A stretch of DNA of 64,000 bases from an uncultured Spirochaetota bacterium. Lineage in GTDB: Bacteria > Spirochaetota > Brevinematia > Brevinematales > JAOACQ01. The stretch's first letter is position 1. Every line of letters begins with the position of its first letter. The translations under genes were made by a program, and so were the position numbers. The notes under the pieces are model-generated. The model was given only the letters and a program-made list of their open reading frames with translations, had not been told where the DNA came from and searched no databases. The DNA is taken from positions 128,001 to 192,000 of the forward strand of contig CAWIGG010000006.1 of NCBI GenBank assembly GCA_963835575.1. Direction: 5' to 3'. Shown here one piece after another: positions 1 to 9,333 of this stretch.

Positions 1-1
1 T

Positions 2-1975
2 CTGGAAGAGCTTAAGAAAATACTGCCGGAAAAGCTCCGCATCCCCAATCCCGAGAGGATCATCGCGGTCAAGGACGCCATCAACGCCGGGTTTACGCCG
101 GATGAAATATTTAATTATTCAAAAATCGATAAATGGTTCCTGTTCAACATAAAGGAAATTGTTGATATGGAATCAAGCCTTAAGGGAAAGAAGCTGGAAG
201 AGCTTGACCGGGACAGTATGAAAGAGATCAAGCAGTACGGGTTTTCCGACTGTCAGCTTTCAGACCTTCTCGTTGGGGACCCGGGCGAGCTGAAGGTCAG
301 GAAATACAGAAAGTCGCTCGGCGTGGAGCCGACGTATAAGCTCGTCGATACCTGCGCCGCCGAGTTCCAGGCAAAGACTCCTTATTTTTACTCGACGTAC
401 GAGGATGAGGACGAGGCGTTTCCCACTCAGAATAAAAAAGTGATGATACTGGGCAGCGGCCCGAACCGCATCGGACAGGGTATCGAGTTCGACTATGCCT
501 GCGTGCATTGTTCTATGGCCCTGCGTGAAGAAGGCTATGAGACGATCATGGTCAATTCCAACCCCGAGACCGTATCGACCGATTACGATATCTCCAGCAA
601 GCTCTATTTCGAGCCGCTGACATTCGAAGATGTTATGAATATTTATGAAAAGGAAAAACCGCTGGGCATTGTGCTTCAGTTCGGCGGGCAGACTCCGCTG
701 AAGCTCGCGGTGCCTCTGACGAAGGCCGGCGTTCCCATCCTGGGAACTTCGTCGGAATCGATCGATATAGCGGAGGACCGCGACCGTTTTCATGACCTGA
801 TCGAAAGGCTCGGTTTTAAACAGCCGCCTTCAGCAACGGCAAAGAATTTCAAAGAGGCCGCGGAGATAGCCGAAAGGATAGGCTATCCCATACTGGCGCG
901 CCCTTCCTATGTGCTGGGCGGCCGCGCGATGCTGATCGTTTACGGCAGGGAAGAGCTGGAAAAGTATATGAAGGAAGAGGCCGAGTCTCTGAAGGACGGC
1001 CCGGTTTTAATCGATAAATTTCTGGAGAACGCGCAGGAAATCGATGTCGACGCCATCGGCGACGGAAAAGATGTCGTTGCGGCCGGTATCATGCAGCACA
1101 TCGAACAGGCCGGCATCCATTCCGGCGACAGCGCGATGATCCTTCCGCCCATCACGGTGGATAAAAAAATGCTGAAGGAGATCGAGCGCCAGTCCATCGC
1201 CGTCGGCAAGGCCCTTGAAGTCAAAGGCCTGATGAATATCCAGTACGCCATAAAGGACGGGGATCTTTATTTTATAGAGGTCAACCCTCGCGCTTCCCGC
1301 ACCGTTCCTTTTGTCAGCAAGGCGACGGGGGTCCAGTGGGCGAAAATGGCTTCAAAGGTCATGGTCGGACACAGCCTTAAGAGCCTCGGCATCACAGGCT
1401 ATAAAGAACCGTCCTATATTTCCGTCAAGGAAGTGGTGATCCCGTTCAATAAATTTCCCGATGTCGACGCCGTTCTCGGGCCCGAAATGAAATCGACGGG
1501 CGAAGTGATGGGCATCGATACCGGCTTCGGTACGGCCTTTCTGAAAAGCCAGCTGGCGGCCGGGGAAAAGCTTCCCAGGGACGGGACTGTGCTTGTCACG
1601 GTGAACAACCAGGACAAGCCGAAAATCGTCAGGCCGCTTCAGAAGCTCCGGGCCCTCGGATATAAAATCATTTCGACATCGGGCACGGCGCAGTATTTGA
1701 AGGACAATAAAATAGAAAGCGGTGTTGTCCTGAAGCTGTCGGAAGGCAGGCCGAACATCATCGACGAGATCAAGAACGGCGCCGTCCAGTTCATCTTCAA
1801 TACGCCGGCCGGCAAGGAAGCCCACGCGGACAACACCTATATCCGCAAAACGGCGACAACTCTTAAAATACCCCTCTTTACCACAATACAGGCTATGGTG
1901 GCCCTAGCCGAGGCGCTGGAAGCGCTTCATCATAAGCCGGCGGATGTTAAACCCCTGCAGGAATATTATAAATAA
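2..1975 (+). CDS. carB: Carbamoyl-phosphate synthase large subunit, 5'-partial (runs off the window start)
   Basis: Frame is open from position 2 (LEELKKILPEKLRIPNPERI...). Motifs VDTCAAEF, GSGPNRIGQGIEFDY, NPETVSTDYD, EVNPRASRTVPFVSKA, LGPEMKSTGEVMG, and a C-terminal MGS domain. Confidence 0.98.
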   Translation: MEELKKILPEKLRIPNPERIIAVKDAINAGFTPDEIFNYSKIDKWFLFNIKEIVDMESSLKGKKLEELDRDSMKEIKQYGFSDCQLSDLLVGDPGELKVRKYRKSLGVEPTYKLVDTCAAEFQAKTPYFYSTYEDEDEAFPTQNKKVMILGSGPNRIGQGIEFDYACVHCSMALREEGYETIMVNSNPETVSTDYDISSKLYFEPLTFEDVMNIYEKEKPLGIVLQFGGQTPLKLAVPLTKAGVPILGTSSESIDIAEDRDRFHDLIERLGFKQPPSATAKNFKEAAEIAERIGYPILARPSYVLGGRAMLIVYGREELEKYMKEEAESLKDGPVLIDKFLENAQEIDVDAIGDGKDVVAAGIMQHIEQAGIHSGDSAMILPPITVDKKMLKEIERQSIAVGKALEVKGLMNIQYAIKDGDLYFIEVNPRASRTVPFVSKATGVQWAKMASKVMVGHSLKSLGITGYKEPSYISVKEVVIPFNKFPDVDAVLGPEMKSTGEVMGIDTGFGTAFLKSQLAAGEKLPRDGTVLVTVNNQDKPKIVRPLQKLRALGYKIISTSGTAQYLKDNKIESGVVLKLSEGRPNIIDEIKNGAVQFIFNTPAGKEAHADNTYIRKTATTLKIPLFTTIQAMVALAEALEALHHKPADVKPLQEYYK

Positions 1976-2020
1976 AACAATTTATAAATAATATTTTTTA
2001 ACTTCACAATAGGATAATTC

Positions 2021-2089
2021 AGGCCTCACCCCCGTCCCCTCTCCAAATTTGGAGAGGGGTGCCGAGCTTTGCGAGGCGGGGTGAAGCCT
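2021..2089. repeat. REP-like cruciform palindrome
   Basis: Outer stem AGGCCTCACCCC/GGGGTGAAGCCT encloses the perfect palindrome CCCCTCTCCAAA-TTTGGAGAGGGG and a small GCC..GGC hairpin. The CCCCTCTCCA core recurs at 57646-57699. Confidence 0.75.
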
Positions 2090-2180
2090 CAAAGCCTTTT
2101 TCAATTTATTTATTGTTTTGATAAAATAGTGCGCTTGCTATAAAATAGCAGAATAAAATATTTATATTATAAAAATAGAT

Positions 2181-3380
2181 ATGAAAGAAAATAATATTCC
2201 GAAAAGAAAAAACCATTGCCCGATAATCCTTCTCCATGGCTTTCTTGGCTTCGGGCGTGACGAGGGCCTCGGCATCCGCTACTGGGGCGGCCTGCAGGAC
2301 ATGCAGGAGATTTTGAGGAAAGACGGCTATGAAGTCTATACGGCGTCTGTCGGGCCTGTATCAAGCAACTGGGACAGGGCCTGCGAGCTTTACGCATGCA
2401 TCAAAGGCGGCAGGGTGGACTACGGCGCGGCGCATTCAAAAAAGTACGGTCATCAAAGGTTCGGAAGGTCATATCCCGGACTCTATCCGGAGTGGGGAGA
2501 AAAAGACAAAAAAACGGGCCGGGTCAAAAAAGTGCATATTCTGGCCCACAGCCAGGGCGGTCAGACCGCCCGGATGTTGGTCCAGCTTCTGGAAGCCGGT
2601 TTCCCGGGAGAAAAGAAAAAAAGCAAAGGCGGCTTCAGCCCGCTCTTTAAAGGCGGAAAGCGCTGGGTTTCCGGCCTGATGACGGTTAGTTCCCCGCACG
2701 ACGGTACCACTTTGGCATCACAGTTCAAATATGATAATCCCGTCTTCAGGAAATTCCTCAGTAACCTGATATTTCTGGTTAAAAAACCGGTATACGATTT
2801 CAAGCTGGAACACTGGGGCCTTGTCCGAAAAAAAGGCGAACCGGCGCTGGATTATATAGACAGGATTTTCAGCGACAGGAACTGGTACTTTACTGATGAC
2901 GGCTGTTTTTATGATACAAAGCCCGAGGGAGCGGCTGCGATGAACAGGTGGGTCGCCGCCAGGCCGGACGTTTATTATTTTTCATGGAGCACCATGGATA
3001 CCAAAGATAAAAAAGGCTGGCAGGTTCCCGGGTTCTGGATGAACCCCTTTATCAGGAGATCGGCCCGGCTTATCGGTTCCTATATGCAGAAGGGAAACGG
3101 GCTTGTCGCTGTCGACAGCCGCTGGTTTGAAAACGACGGCGTCGTCAATACCATTTCCATGAACGGGCCCAAGATCAATTCGAAGGATAAAATCATCAAA
3201 TATAATGGCAGGCCCCGGCCCGGCGTCTGGAATGACATGGGCCGTATCGGCTCCACGGACCATATCGACATCATCGGCTTCAAAACGCTCCCATGGTACA
3301 GGCCTGATGGGTTCAAAAGTCTTACCGGCTGGTACCGCTATAACGCCGCTCTTCTGGCGTCGCTCCCCGAGCGGGATTAA
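2181..3380 (+). CDS. Lipase (family I.5/I.6-like alpha/beta hydrolase)
   Basis: PIILLHGFLG, SVGPVSSNWDRACELY, nucleophile elbow AHSQGG, SPHDGT, ENDGVVNTISM, DHIDIIG. Confidence 0.9.
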   Translation: MKENNIPKRKNHCPIILLHGFLGFGRDEGLGIRYWGGLQDMQEILRKDGYEVYTASVGPVSSNWDRACELYACIKGGRVDYGAAHSKKYGHQRFGRSYPGLYPEWGEKDKKTGRVKKVHILAHSQGGQTARMLVQLLEAGFPGEKKKSKGGFSPLFKGGKRWVSGLMTVSSPHDGTTLASQFKYDNPVFRKFLSNLIFLVKKPVYDFKLEHWGLVRKKGEPALDYIDRIFSDRNWYFTDDGCFYDTKPEGAAAMNRWVAARPDVYYFSWSTMDTKDKKGWQVPGFWMNPFIRRSARLIGSYMQKGNGLVAVDSRWFENDGVVNTISMNGPKINSKDKIIKYNGRPRPGVWNDMGRIGSTDHIDIIGFKTLPWYRPDGFKSLTGWYRYNAALLASLPERD

Positions 3381-3539
3381 TATTTACATTTGAAAATTTT
3401 CAGTTCCGTTAAAATATGCTATAATGATTCAGATTCTGAATTTCATACAGCATGACAATGTAATATGGCTCTATCACCCTTATTAACGGTCCTGCGCCTG
3501 ATATTGCGTCGTCTGATAGATAATCCCGGGAGAATTATT

Positions 3540-5363
3540 GTGAATAGAAAAAAATCAATCTGGATTTATACTGCAATTTATTTTATATTGATTTTATTTG
3601 TATTTTTTATAATAGAAATCTCTTTGAGGCTGGCCGGAGCGGGTTACAGCACGGATTTTTTTCTCAAGACAACTGTTAATAACAAGCTATACCTGACGCC
3701 TAACAGCCTTTTTATGGCGCAGTATATGACAAAAAACAATGTCACGGTACCCGAATGCCCGCCTTTTTATTTTCCGGCCGAAAAGGGGTCTTCCGTATTC
3801 AGGATTTATGTCATCGGGGAATCGACAAGCCAGGGGTTCCCTTATTCGAAGACTGAGGCGTTCCCCTACCGGATGGGACAGATGCTGAACAGCCTTGAAT
3901 TGGGGAAGAAGGCTGAAGTAATCAATTTTTCCATGTCGGCCGTAAATTCCCACATCGGGCTCGTCCTGGCAAAAGAAGCCGTCAAATACCCGCCCGATCT
4001 GGTCATCATCTATTTCGGGCATAATGAGTTCATCGGAATCGGCGGGGCGGCAGAGTTCAATTCCATTGGATTTCAAATTAATACTCTCCTTTCACAACTC
4101 CGAATTTATCAGCTCATAAAAGAAGCTGTTTCCGGCTTCGGGAATCAGGAAAGAAACGATTTGATGACCGAAATGGCGCGGAAACAGGGGATAATTTACG
4201 GTTCGGATCTATACCGGAAAACTGTCAGCGATTTCAGCAATAATTACGAGGGAATGATCAAACTTTTTCAATCCCGGGGCATACCGGTGATCGCCTGCGG
4301 TACCGCGGCCAATCTCAAGGACTTCCCGCCGGTCATGGGCGGGTTCCTTCAGAGCAATACCGGACCTGATCTGGAAATGATCATTAATAAAAATCCAAAG
4401 GGACCTGATAAGGAAAAACTGGATGCCGTCATAAAAAATAATGCCGGGGCCTGTTTTATGGCGGGAAAACTATTCTTGAAAAATAAGAACACCCAGCTCG
4501 CGCGTTTTTATTTCCGGAAGGCCTGCGACCTGGATAGTCTCCGCTTCCGCGCTTCGTCGGAAATACAGGCCGCCGTTTCCAGCCTTGCGCAAAAATACGG
4601 CTGCCTGTATATTGATATGCAGGCAATACTGGACGGCTTTGACAGGGACGGGATCAGCGGCGACGCCCTCATCCTCGAGCATGTCCACCCGACTCTTGAA
4701 AGCGCCGGCATTATGGCGGAAAAACTTGCCGATATGATAATCTCTAATTATTTTAAAATGATGCCGCCGGTAAAATACAATATTACGCTTTATTCAACGC
4801 TGGTCGAGAAGGAATCCGCCGCCGGCAAACTGCGGAACCTCTTCAGCGTCTATCCTTTTACGGCCGTTAAATATTTCAACCCGAAGGGTTTTGAAGGGCT
4901 CTATGATATCAGGATTGACCCGCTGAAAAAAGGACGGCTTCTGATGGAGCCGAAAAAAGGCATTGATACAAATGAGCTGGCGCTGGTCTCGAAATGGCTT
5001 TCGCCGGGCGATACCCTGGACGATGTCCATGTAAAGTTCGGACATTATCTTTTTGCCGGGAAGAACGGGAGGCAGAGGGCTGAAATGGAGTTCCGGACGG
5101 CGTTCGAGGAAAATCCCCTGAATTTTTACGCGGCGAATAACCTGGCCGTGATGAGGCTTACCGGCGGGGATATTGACGGCGGCCTCGAAATGCTTGAAGA
5201 TCTTTATACAAGGAGATTCAGAGACAAAGAGTTCCTGGAAAACCTCTGGCTGGTCTATTCTAAACAGCAGAAATTCGAGGAATCAAAAAAAATAGAAAAA
5301 ATACTGCTCCCTCTGGGGGCGGATTTGAATTCCATTCAAGAACTCCTGATTATAGGGCTTTAG
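3540..5363 (+). CDS. Membrane-anchored SGNH/GDSL-type hydrolase with C-terminal TPR-like region
   Basis: N-terminal TM helix; GESTSQG, YFGHNEF and EHVHPT blocks; helical NNLA-type C-terminus. GTG at 3540 after GGGAG is preferred over the ORF-track start 3465. Confidence 0.7.
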   Translation: MNRKKSIWIYTAIYFILILFVFFIIEISLRLAGAGYSTDFFLKTTVNNKLYLTPNSLFMAQYMTKNNVTVPECPPFYFPAEKGSSVFRIYVIGESTSQGFPYSKTEAFPYRMGQMLNSLELGKKAEVINFSMSAVNSHIGLVLAKEAVKYPPDLVIIYFGHNEFIGIGGAAEFNSIGFQINTLLSQLRIYQLIKEAVSGFGNQERNDLMTEMARKQGIIYGSDLYRKTVSDFSNNYEGMIKLFQSRGIPVIACGTAANLKDFPPVMGGFLQSNTGPDLEMIINKNPKGPDKEKLDAVIKNNAGACFMAGKLFLKNKNTQLARFYFRKACDLDSLRFRASSEIQAAVSSLAQKYGCLYIDMQAILDGFDRDGISGDALILEHVHPTLESAGIMAEKLADMIISNYFKMMPPVKYNITLYSTLVEKESAAGKLRNLFSVYPFTAVKYFNPKGFEGLYDIRIDPLKKGRLLMEPKKGIDTNELALVSKWLSPGDTLDDVHVKFGHYLFAGKNGRQRAEMEFRTAFEENPLNFYAANNLAVMRLTGGDIDGGLEMLEDLYTRRFRDKEFLENLWLVYSKQQKFEESKKIEKILLPLGADLNSIQELLIIGL

Positions 5364-5385
5364 TTGATGAAGGGGGCTTTTTCTT

Positions 5386-7056
5386 ATGAGAAGAAAAATA
5401 TTTCTTCTTTGCTTTTTACTCATACCGGCTGTGCTTGCCTTTTCCGATCTGACAAGGGATTTGATCATGGCCGTCTCAAGAGGAAAATTGAAGGATGTGC
5501 AGAAGCTTATTGAAAAAGGCGCCAAGGTCAACGATCAGTACATCAAAGACAGGACGCCGCTCCATTGGGCGGTCCTTCAGCCGAATATCAAAATTACCGC
5601 TTATCTGATCGGTAAAGGCGCTGTGGTGGACGCCCGGGATAAAAACATGGCCACTCCTCTGCATTATTGCGCCCTTAAAAAAAATCTTGATATGGTCAAG
5701 CTCCTGGTGATGAAAGGCGCGGATATCAACGCCCCGGATAAATACGGATGGACCCCGCTGCATTATTTCACATACTATGAGGATGTCCTGGCCGTTAAAT
5801 ATCTCATCGTCCAGGGGGCCGTCCTGACGAACCAGTCCACGCAGAAAAATATCGATATCGACGAGAAATCAACCCCGCTTGATATCGCGATAAAGAAAAA
5901 TTATTCCAATATAATTACGGCGCTTGAAAATCCGGATAAATACATGAGGCTTTCAAAAAGGCCGGTCCTTTTTGTCTCCTGCGCGAAAAACCTGGGGCCG
6001 GATAATATCCTGATCGCCCCCAGAAAGGGCTTTCTGAATTTTACAGTGGAAAACAAGGGAGGATTTGAGGCGTATAATGTTACGCTTGAGATGGAGAAAA
6101 TCTCGAACTGCGGCGGGCTGACGCTGGAAAATCCCCCGGTTTTCGATCTCTGGAGCGGATGGAAGAGGGATTTTTCCATCGGAGTGGAGGCGGCCCCGGA
6201 TATAAAAGAAGGAACGGCGCTTTTCAGGGTCTACGCCCATGAAACGAATTCTTTTATTAAAAGCGAGGATATGATGCTGGAAATTCCCATAATGCCGCCC
6301 CAGCCGCCGGCTTTTGAAATAAGCGCATCAATGGATGAATCCCCGGACAAAGCTTTCCATGCCCGGCAGAAGAGCCATCTCCGGGTCGCGGTATTAAACA
6401 AAGGCAGAGGTTATTCTGAAAATACCCTTCTGCAGATAACGCCTGTCAAAGGCTGCGAAGAAATAGCTTTCAGCTCTGTCAGTAATATACCGTTCTCTCC
6501 GGGCGAGAAAAAATACTTTGACCTGACGGCGGAAACCTCATCTGACCTCAAGGACGGGACCGCGGAGTTTCTTGTTACGGCGCAGGACCCTTATTTTCAA
6601 ATAATGCAGTCTAATCTCATAAAGGTTGAGACAAAAAGGCTCTTAAAGCCGCTTCTGGCTGTTGAATTCCTTACTGACATGAAAATTGAACAATACAGCG
6701 TGACGAATTCACTCTCATCCAATCAGGGGGAGGGAGTAACCAATATAGTCATGTTTAAAACCAATATAGAGCCGCTGATAAAGATTTTCAACCGGGGCGA
6801 GGCATCGGCCAGGGATCTTTCATTCGACCTAAGGGTTTACGCCATTGAGACCAATAATCACAGGGAAACGAATCTCAATCAGGCTTTTCATTACAGCGTT
6901 CAGGAAATAAGGACAAATGATTTCATGATCCTGCAGGTACCGCTCTTCCTGACCAATTATCTTGATTATATGAATAATGTCTGGAATTTATCCGGAAATG
7001 ACGGGGAAAAACTTTCTTTTATTAATGCCAATCTTTCTATTGAAAATATGAAATAA
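5386..7056 (+). CDS. Secreted ankyrin-repeat protein with C-terminal beta-sandwich (CARDB/NEW3-like) modules
   Basis: Signal peptide; repeated TPLHW/TPLHY/TPLDIA ankyrin motifs; repeated VENKGG/VLNKGRG/IFNRGE strands. Confidence 0.8.
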   Translation: MRRKIFLLCFLLIPAVLAFSDLTRDLIMAVSRGKLKDVQKLIEKGAKVNDQYIKDRTPLHWAVLQPNIKITAYLIGKGAVVDARDKNMATPLHYCALKKNLDMVKLLVMKGADINAPDKYGWTPLHYFTYYEDVLAVKYLIVQGAVLTNQSTQKNIDIDEKSTPLDIAIKKNYSNIITALENPDKYMRLSKRPVLFVSCAKNLGPDNILIAPRKGFLNFTVENKGGFEAYNVTLEMEKISNCGGLTLENPPVFDLWSGWKRDFSIGVEAAPDIKEGTALFRVYAHETNSFIKSEDMMLEIPIMPPQPPAFEISASMDESPDKAFHARQKSHLRVAVLNKGRGYSENTLLQITPVKGCEEIAFSSVSNIPFSPGEKKYFDLTAETSSDLKDGTAEFLVTAQDPYFQIMQSNLIKVETKRLLKPLLAVEFLTDMKIEQYSVTNSLSSNQGEGVTNIVMFKTNIEPLIKIFNRGEASARDLSFDLRVYAIETNNHRETNLNQAFHYSVQEIRTNDFMILQVPLFLTNYLDYMNNVWNLSGNDGEKLSFINANLSIENMK

Positions 7057-7157
7057 ACCGGGCATCAGCTCTTGAAACTTCTTTTCAGTATAAAAAATGT
7101 GATAAAACCGATGACCGCGGGAAGCTTTGAAGAAGAGGGGGCTGGATGGAACTGTCC

Positions 7158-8039
7158 TTAAAATGCGACGGTATATTTCTTTAAGAGTTTAAAGGGGGCG
7201 TAGCTGAGTTTCGCTTTCCTGAGGCCTTCAATGCCCATGTCCTGTTCCCGGTTAACAAAGGGGAATTTTTCCGCGGCCTCCTTCTGCATAAAGAGCTGGT
7301 TGATGATCTGAAAGCTGCCGGTATAGGCTGAATCCGCTTTTTCGAAATGGATGACAAAAGTCGTTTCGTTCAGCCGCTCGCCGAATGAAAAGGCCGCCAG
7401 CTTTCCTTGAACAAAAATCAGGCCTCCCGAGGCGTTCAGCCTGTCAAAATGGCCGATAAATTCCTGAAAGGCGGAATACTCGTCCAGAATGCTTTTGTCC
7501 ACTGCATGTTTTTCACCCATCCAGGTTTCAAAGAGCTCGAGGCATTGCTTTTGATATTGCGCTTCATAACGTTTATACTCAAACGGGTAATTTTCCCTGA
7601 ATTTTTTGACAAACCCTCTTTTCCCGTCGAGGCGCCAGCCTTTGAGAGTTGCAAGCGATGAGGATTTATAAATATAATCAAAGCTGTTCCTGTCGGCGAG
7701 GACCGTACAGCCGGGCTTTTTGATGTATTTTTTCTGGAATTCCGGCACAAGCTCGATCAGGCGGATATCGTGCTCCCTTCCGTAATCGATGAGGAAATTG
7801 AGCATTTTTTCACAGTCCTCGTACCCGATCGGAGGCAGGAAATACGGCCGGTCTTCCTTATCGCGGGCCGTCATAAGAAGACCATCCTCATAGACGGTAA
7901 ATTCGATATTTTTAGGTTTTGACCAGATGAAAAGATTGGTAAAAGTATATTCGGATATTTTCGGCAGATAAAGGGAAAAAAAGCGGTCGAAGACCGGTTT
8001 ATCTTCCATAGTAATGCTTTTAAAATTCAAGAGGTCCAT
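7158..8039 (-). CDS. DUF2156 / phosphatidylglycerol lysyltransferase C-terminal-like protein
   Basis: SEYTFTNLFIW, DYIY, IHFEKA, VNREQDMGIEGLRKAKLSY. Confidence 0.85.
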   Translation of the reverse strand: MDLLNFKSITMEDKPVFDRFFSLYLPKISEYTFTNLFIWSKPKNIEFTVYEDGLLMTARDKEDRPYFLPPIGYEDCEKMLNFLIDYGREHDIRLIELVPEFQKKYIKKPGCTVLADRNSFDYIYKSSSLATLKGWRLDGKRGFVKKFRENYPFEYKRYEAQYQKQCLELFETWMGEKHAVDKSILDEYSAFQEFIGHFDRLNASGGLIFVQGKLAAFSFGERLNETTFVIHFEKADSAYTGSFQIINQLFMQKEAAEKFPFVNREQDMGIEGLRKAKLSYAPFKLLKKYTVAF

Positions 8040-8051
8040 ATTAACTCCGGT

Positions 8052-8378
8052 TTATTTAGTTTTTATGACTGTGTCTTCTATCCAGGCAAGATAATCTTCT
8101 GAGCCGCCTGTAATAGGCGTCGCGATGATTTCTGGGACCTGGTAAGGGTGAATTTTCTTGACGGCTTGTTCTATTTCGTCGAATAAATCCTGTTTGGTTT
8201 TAATAATCAAAGTCCATTCTTTTTTCTTTTCCCTTTTCCCCTTCCACCAATACAGGCTCTTTACAGGCCCGCCGATCTGCACGCATGCCGCAAGCCTTGC
8301 TTCCAGCAGGGCGTCCGCTATTTTATACGCCGGTTTTTTACTATTGACCGTGACCCTGATTTCTATATAATTGTTCAT
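8052..8378 (-). CDS. cutA: Divalent-cation tolerance protein CutA
   Basis: RLAACVQI, SLYWWKG, HPYQVPEII, YLAWI. Confidence 0.92.
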   Translation of the reverse strand: MNNYIEIRVTVNSKKPAYKIADALLEARLAACVQIGGPVKSLYWWKGKREKKKEWTLIIKTKQDLFDEIEQAVKKIHPYQVPEIIATPITGGSEDYLAWIEDTVIKTK

Positions 8379-8437
8379 ATGAACCCTTAATTGATGTGCG
8401 GCACATCAGCTTTTAAGAAATTTTAATATTGATTAAA

Positions 8438-8572
8438 GACCTTTGCACGGTAAACTTAAGTTAATTCGCTACCTGATAAAACTTTAGGCAATAAATTGCC
8501 GCTTTAAACTGGACTTTTGCACGGTTTCTATTTAATTATCCGTTAATGGTTTGCGGAAACCGTGCAAAAGTC
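8438..8572. mobile_element. 135-bp non-coding MITE with 9-bp target-site duplication
   Basis: Terminal IRs GACCTTTGCACGG / CCGTGCAAAAGTC and an internal extra IR copy at 8512-8528. Flanked on both sides by TTGATTAAA (8429-8437 and 8573-8581). Confidence 0.75.
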
Positions 8573-8622
8573 TTGATTAAATATAATAAAAAGAGAGTAA
8601 AAAGTGAAATTATCAAGTTTGT

Positions 8623-9309
8623 CTAGACAGTTTTTAAGCATTTCTCCTTTATCTTGAACGCATCGTTCAAATGAACGACCTGATGCCGCGCGGCGGGCAT
8701 CAGCAAAATTCCGGCCGTCGTTTTTCTGCCCCAGAAATCGATCAGCCAGACGGAATCTTTGTCTTCCAGAACGCCGCCTTCATCCAGAATCCGTTTGAGC
8801 CGGTCCGGGGCCGGTTTTTTTTTCATGTCTTCATACTTTAATCCGCCGATGATATGCCGGGTCTGCCGACCCACGGCCATGCGGTAATTCCGGAGTTCCG
8901 TCCAGTTGATTTTTGCGCTGAAATCAAGGATTTCATCCCTTGTCATGGCATTGCCCGTGTCCCGGACGGATGTGTTCAGCCGTTTGTTCCAATCACCGCT
9001 GTTTATGACCTGGCTGTCTCCTTCTATAAGGATATTAACGGTGATGTCCTCGATGCGCGTGATATGCCAGATATTCCATGCGATTGTCAGAGCATGGCCG
9101 GCCGGCAGGGCGCGGAACATGCTTTCCGTCAGGCCGTCCCACAATTTGTCCTCGAAGGTTTGCGTTTTACTGCCCGAAACGTCCGAAGCATGAAGCAGCG
9201 CATGCATTTCCAGGCAGAGGGAGACGGCCTCAATAAATCTTCCGGGGTTGTTGATGATTTCTTTCAGCCGTGATTGTTTCGGATTCCATTGAGCGGCGGA
9301 TATTGTCAT
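8623..9309 (-). CDS. DinB-family protein
   Basis: TIAWNIWHITRIEDI, DTGNAM, and RHQVVHLN metal-ligand His pattern. Confidence 0.8.
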   Translation of the reverse strand: MTISAAQWNPKQSRLKEIINNPGRFIEAVSLCLEMHALLHASDVSGSKTQTFEDKLWDGLTESMFRALPAGHALTIAWNIWHITRIEDITVNILIEGDSQVINSGDWNKRLNTSVRDTGNAMTRDEILDFSAKINWTELRNYRMAVGRQTRHIIGGLKYEDMKKKPAPDRLKRILDEGGVLEDKDSVWLIDFWGRKTTAGILLMPAARHQVVHLNDAFKIKEKCLKTV

Positions 9310-9333
9310 ACTGTTTCCTTATTTACTGAAGAG

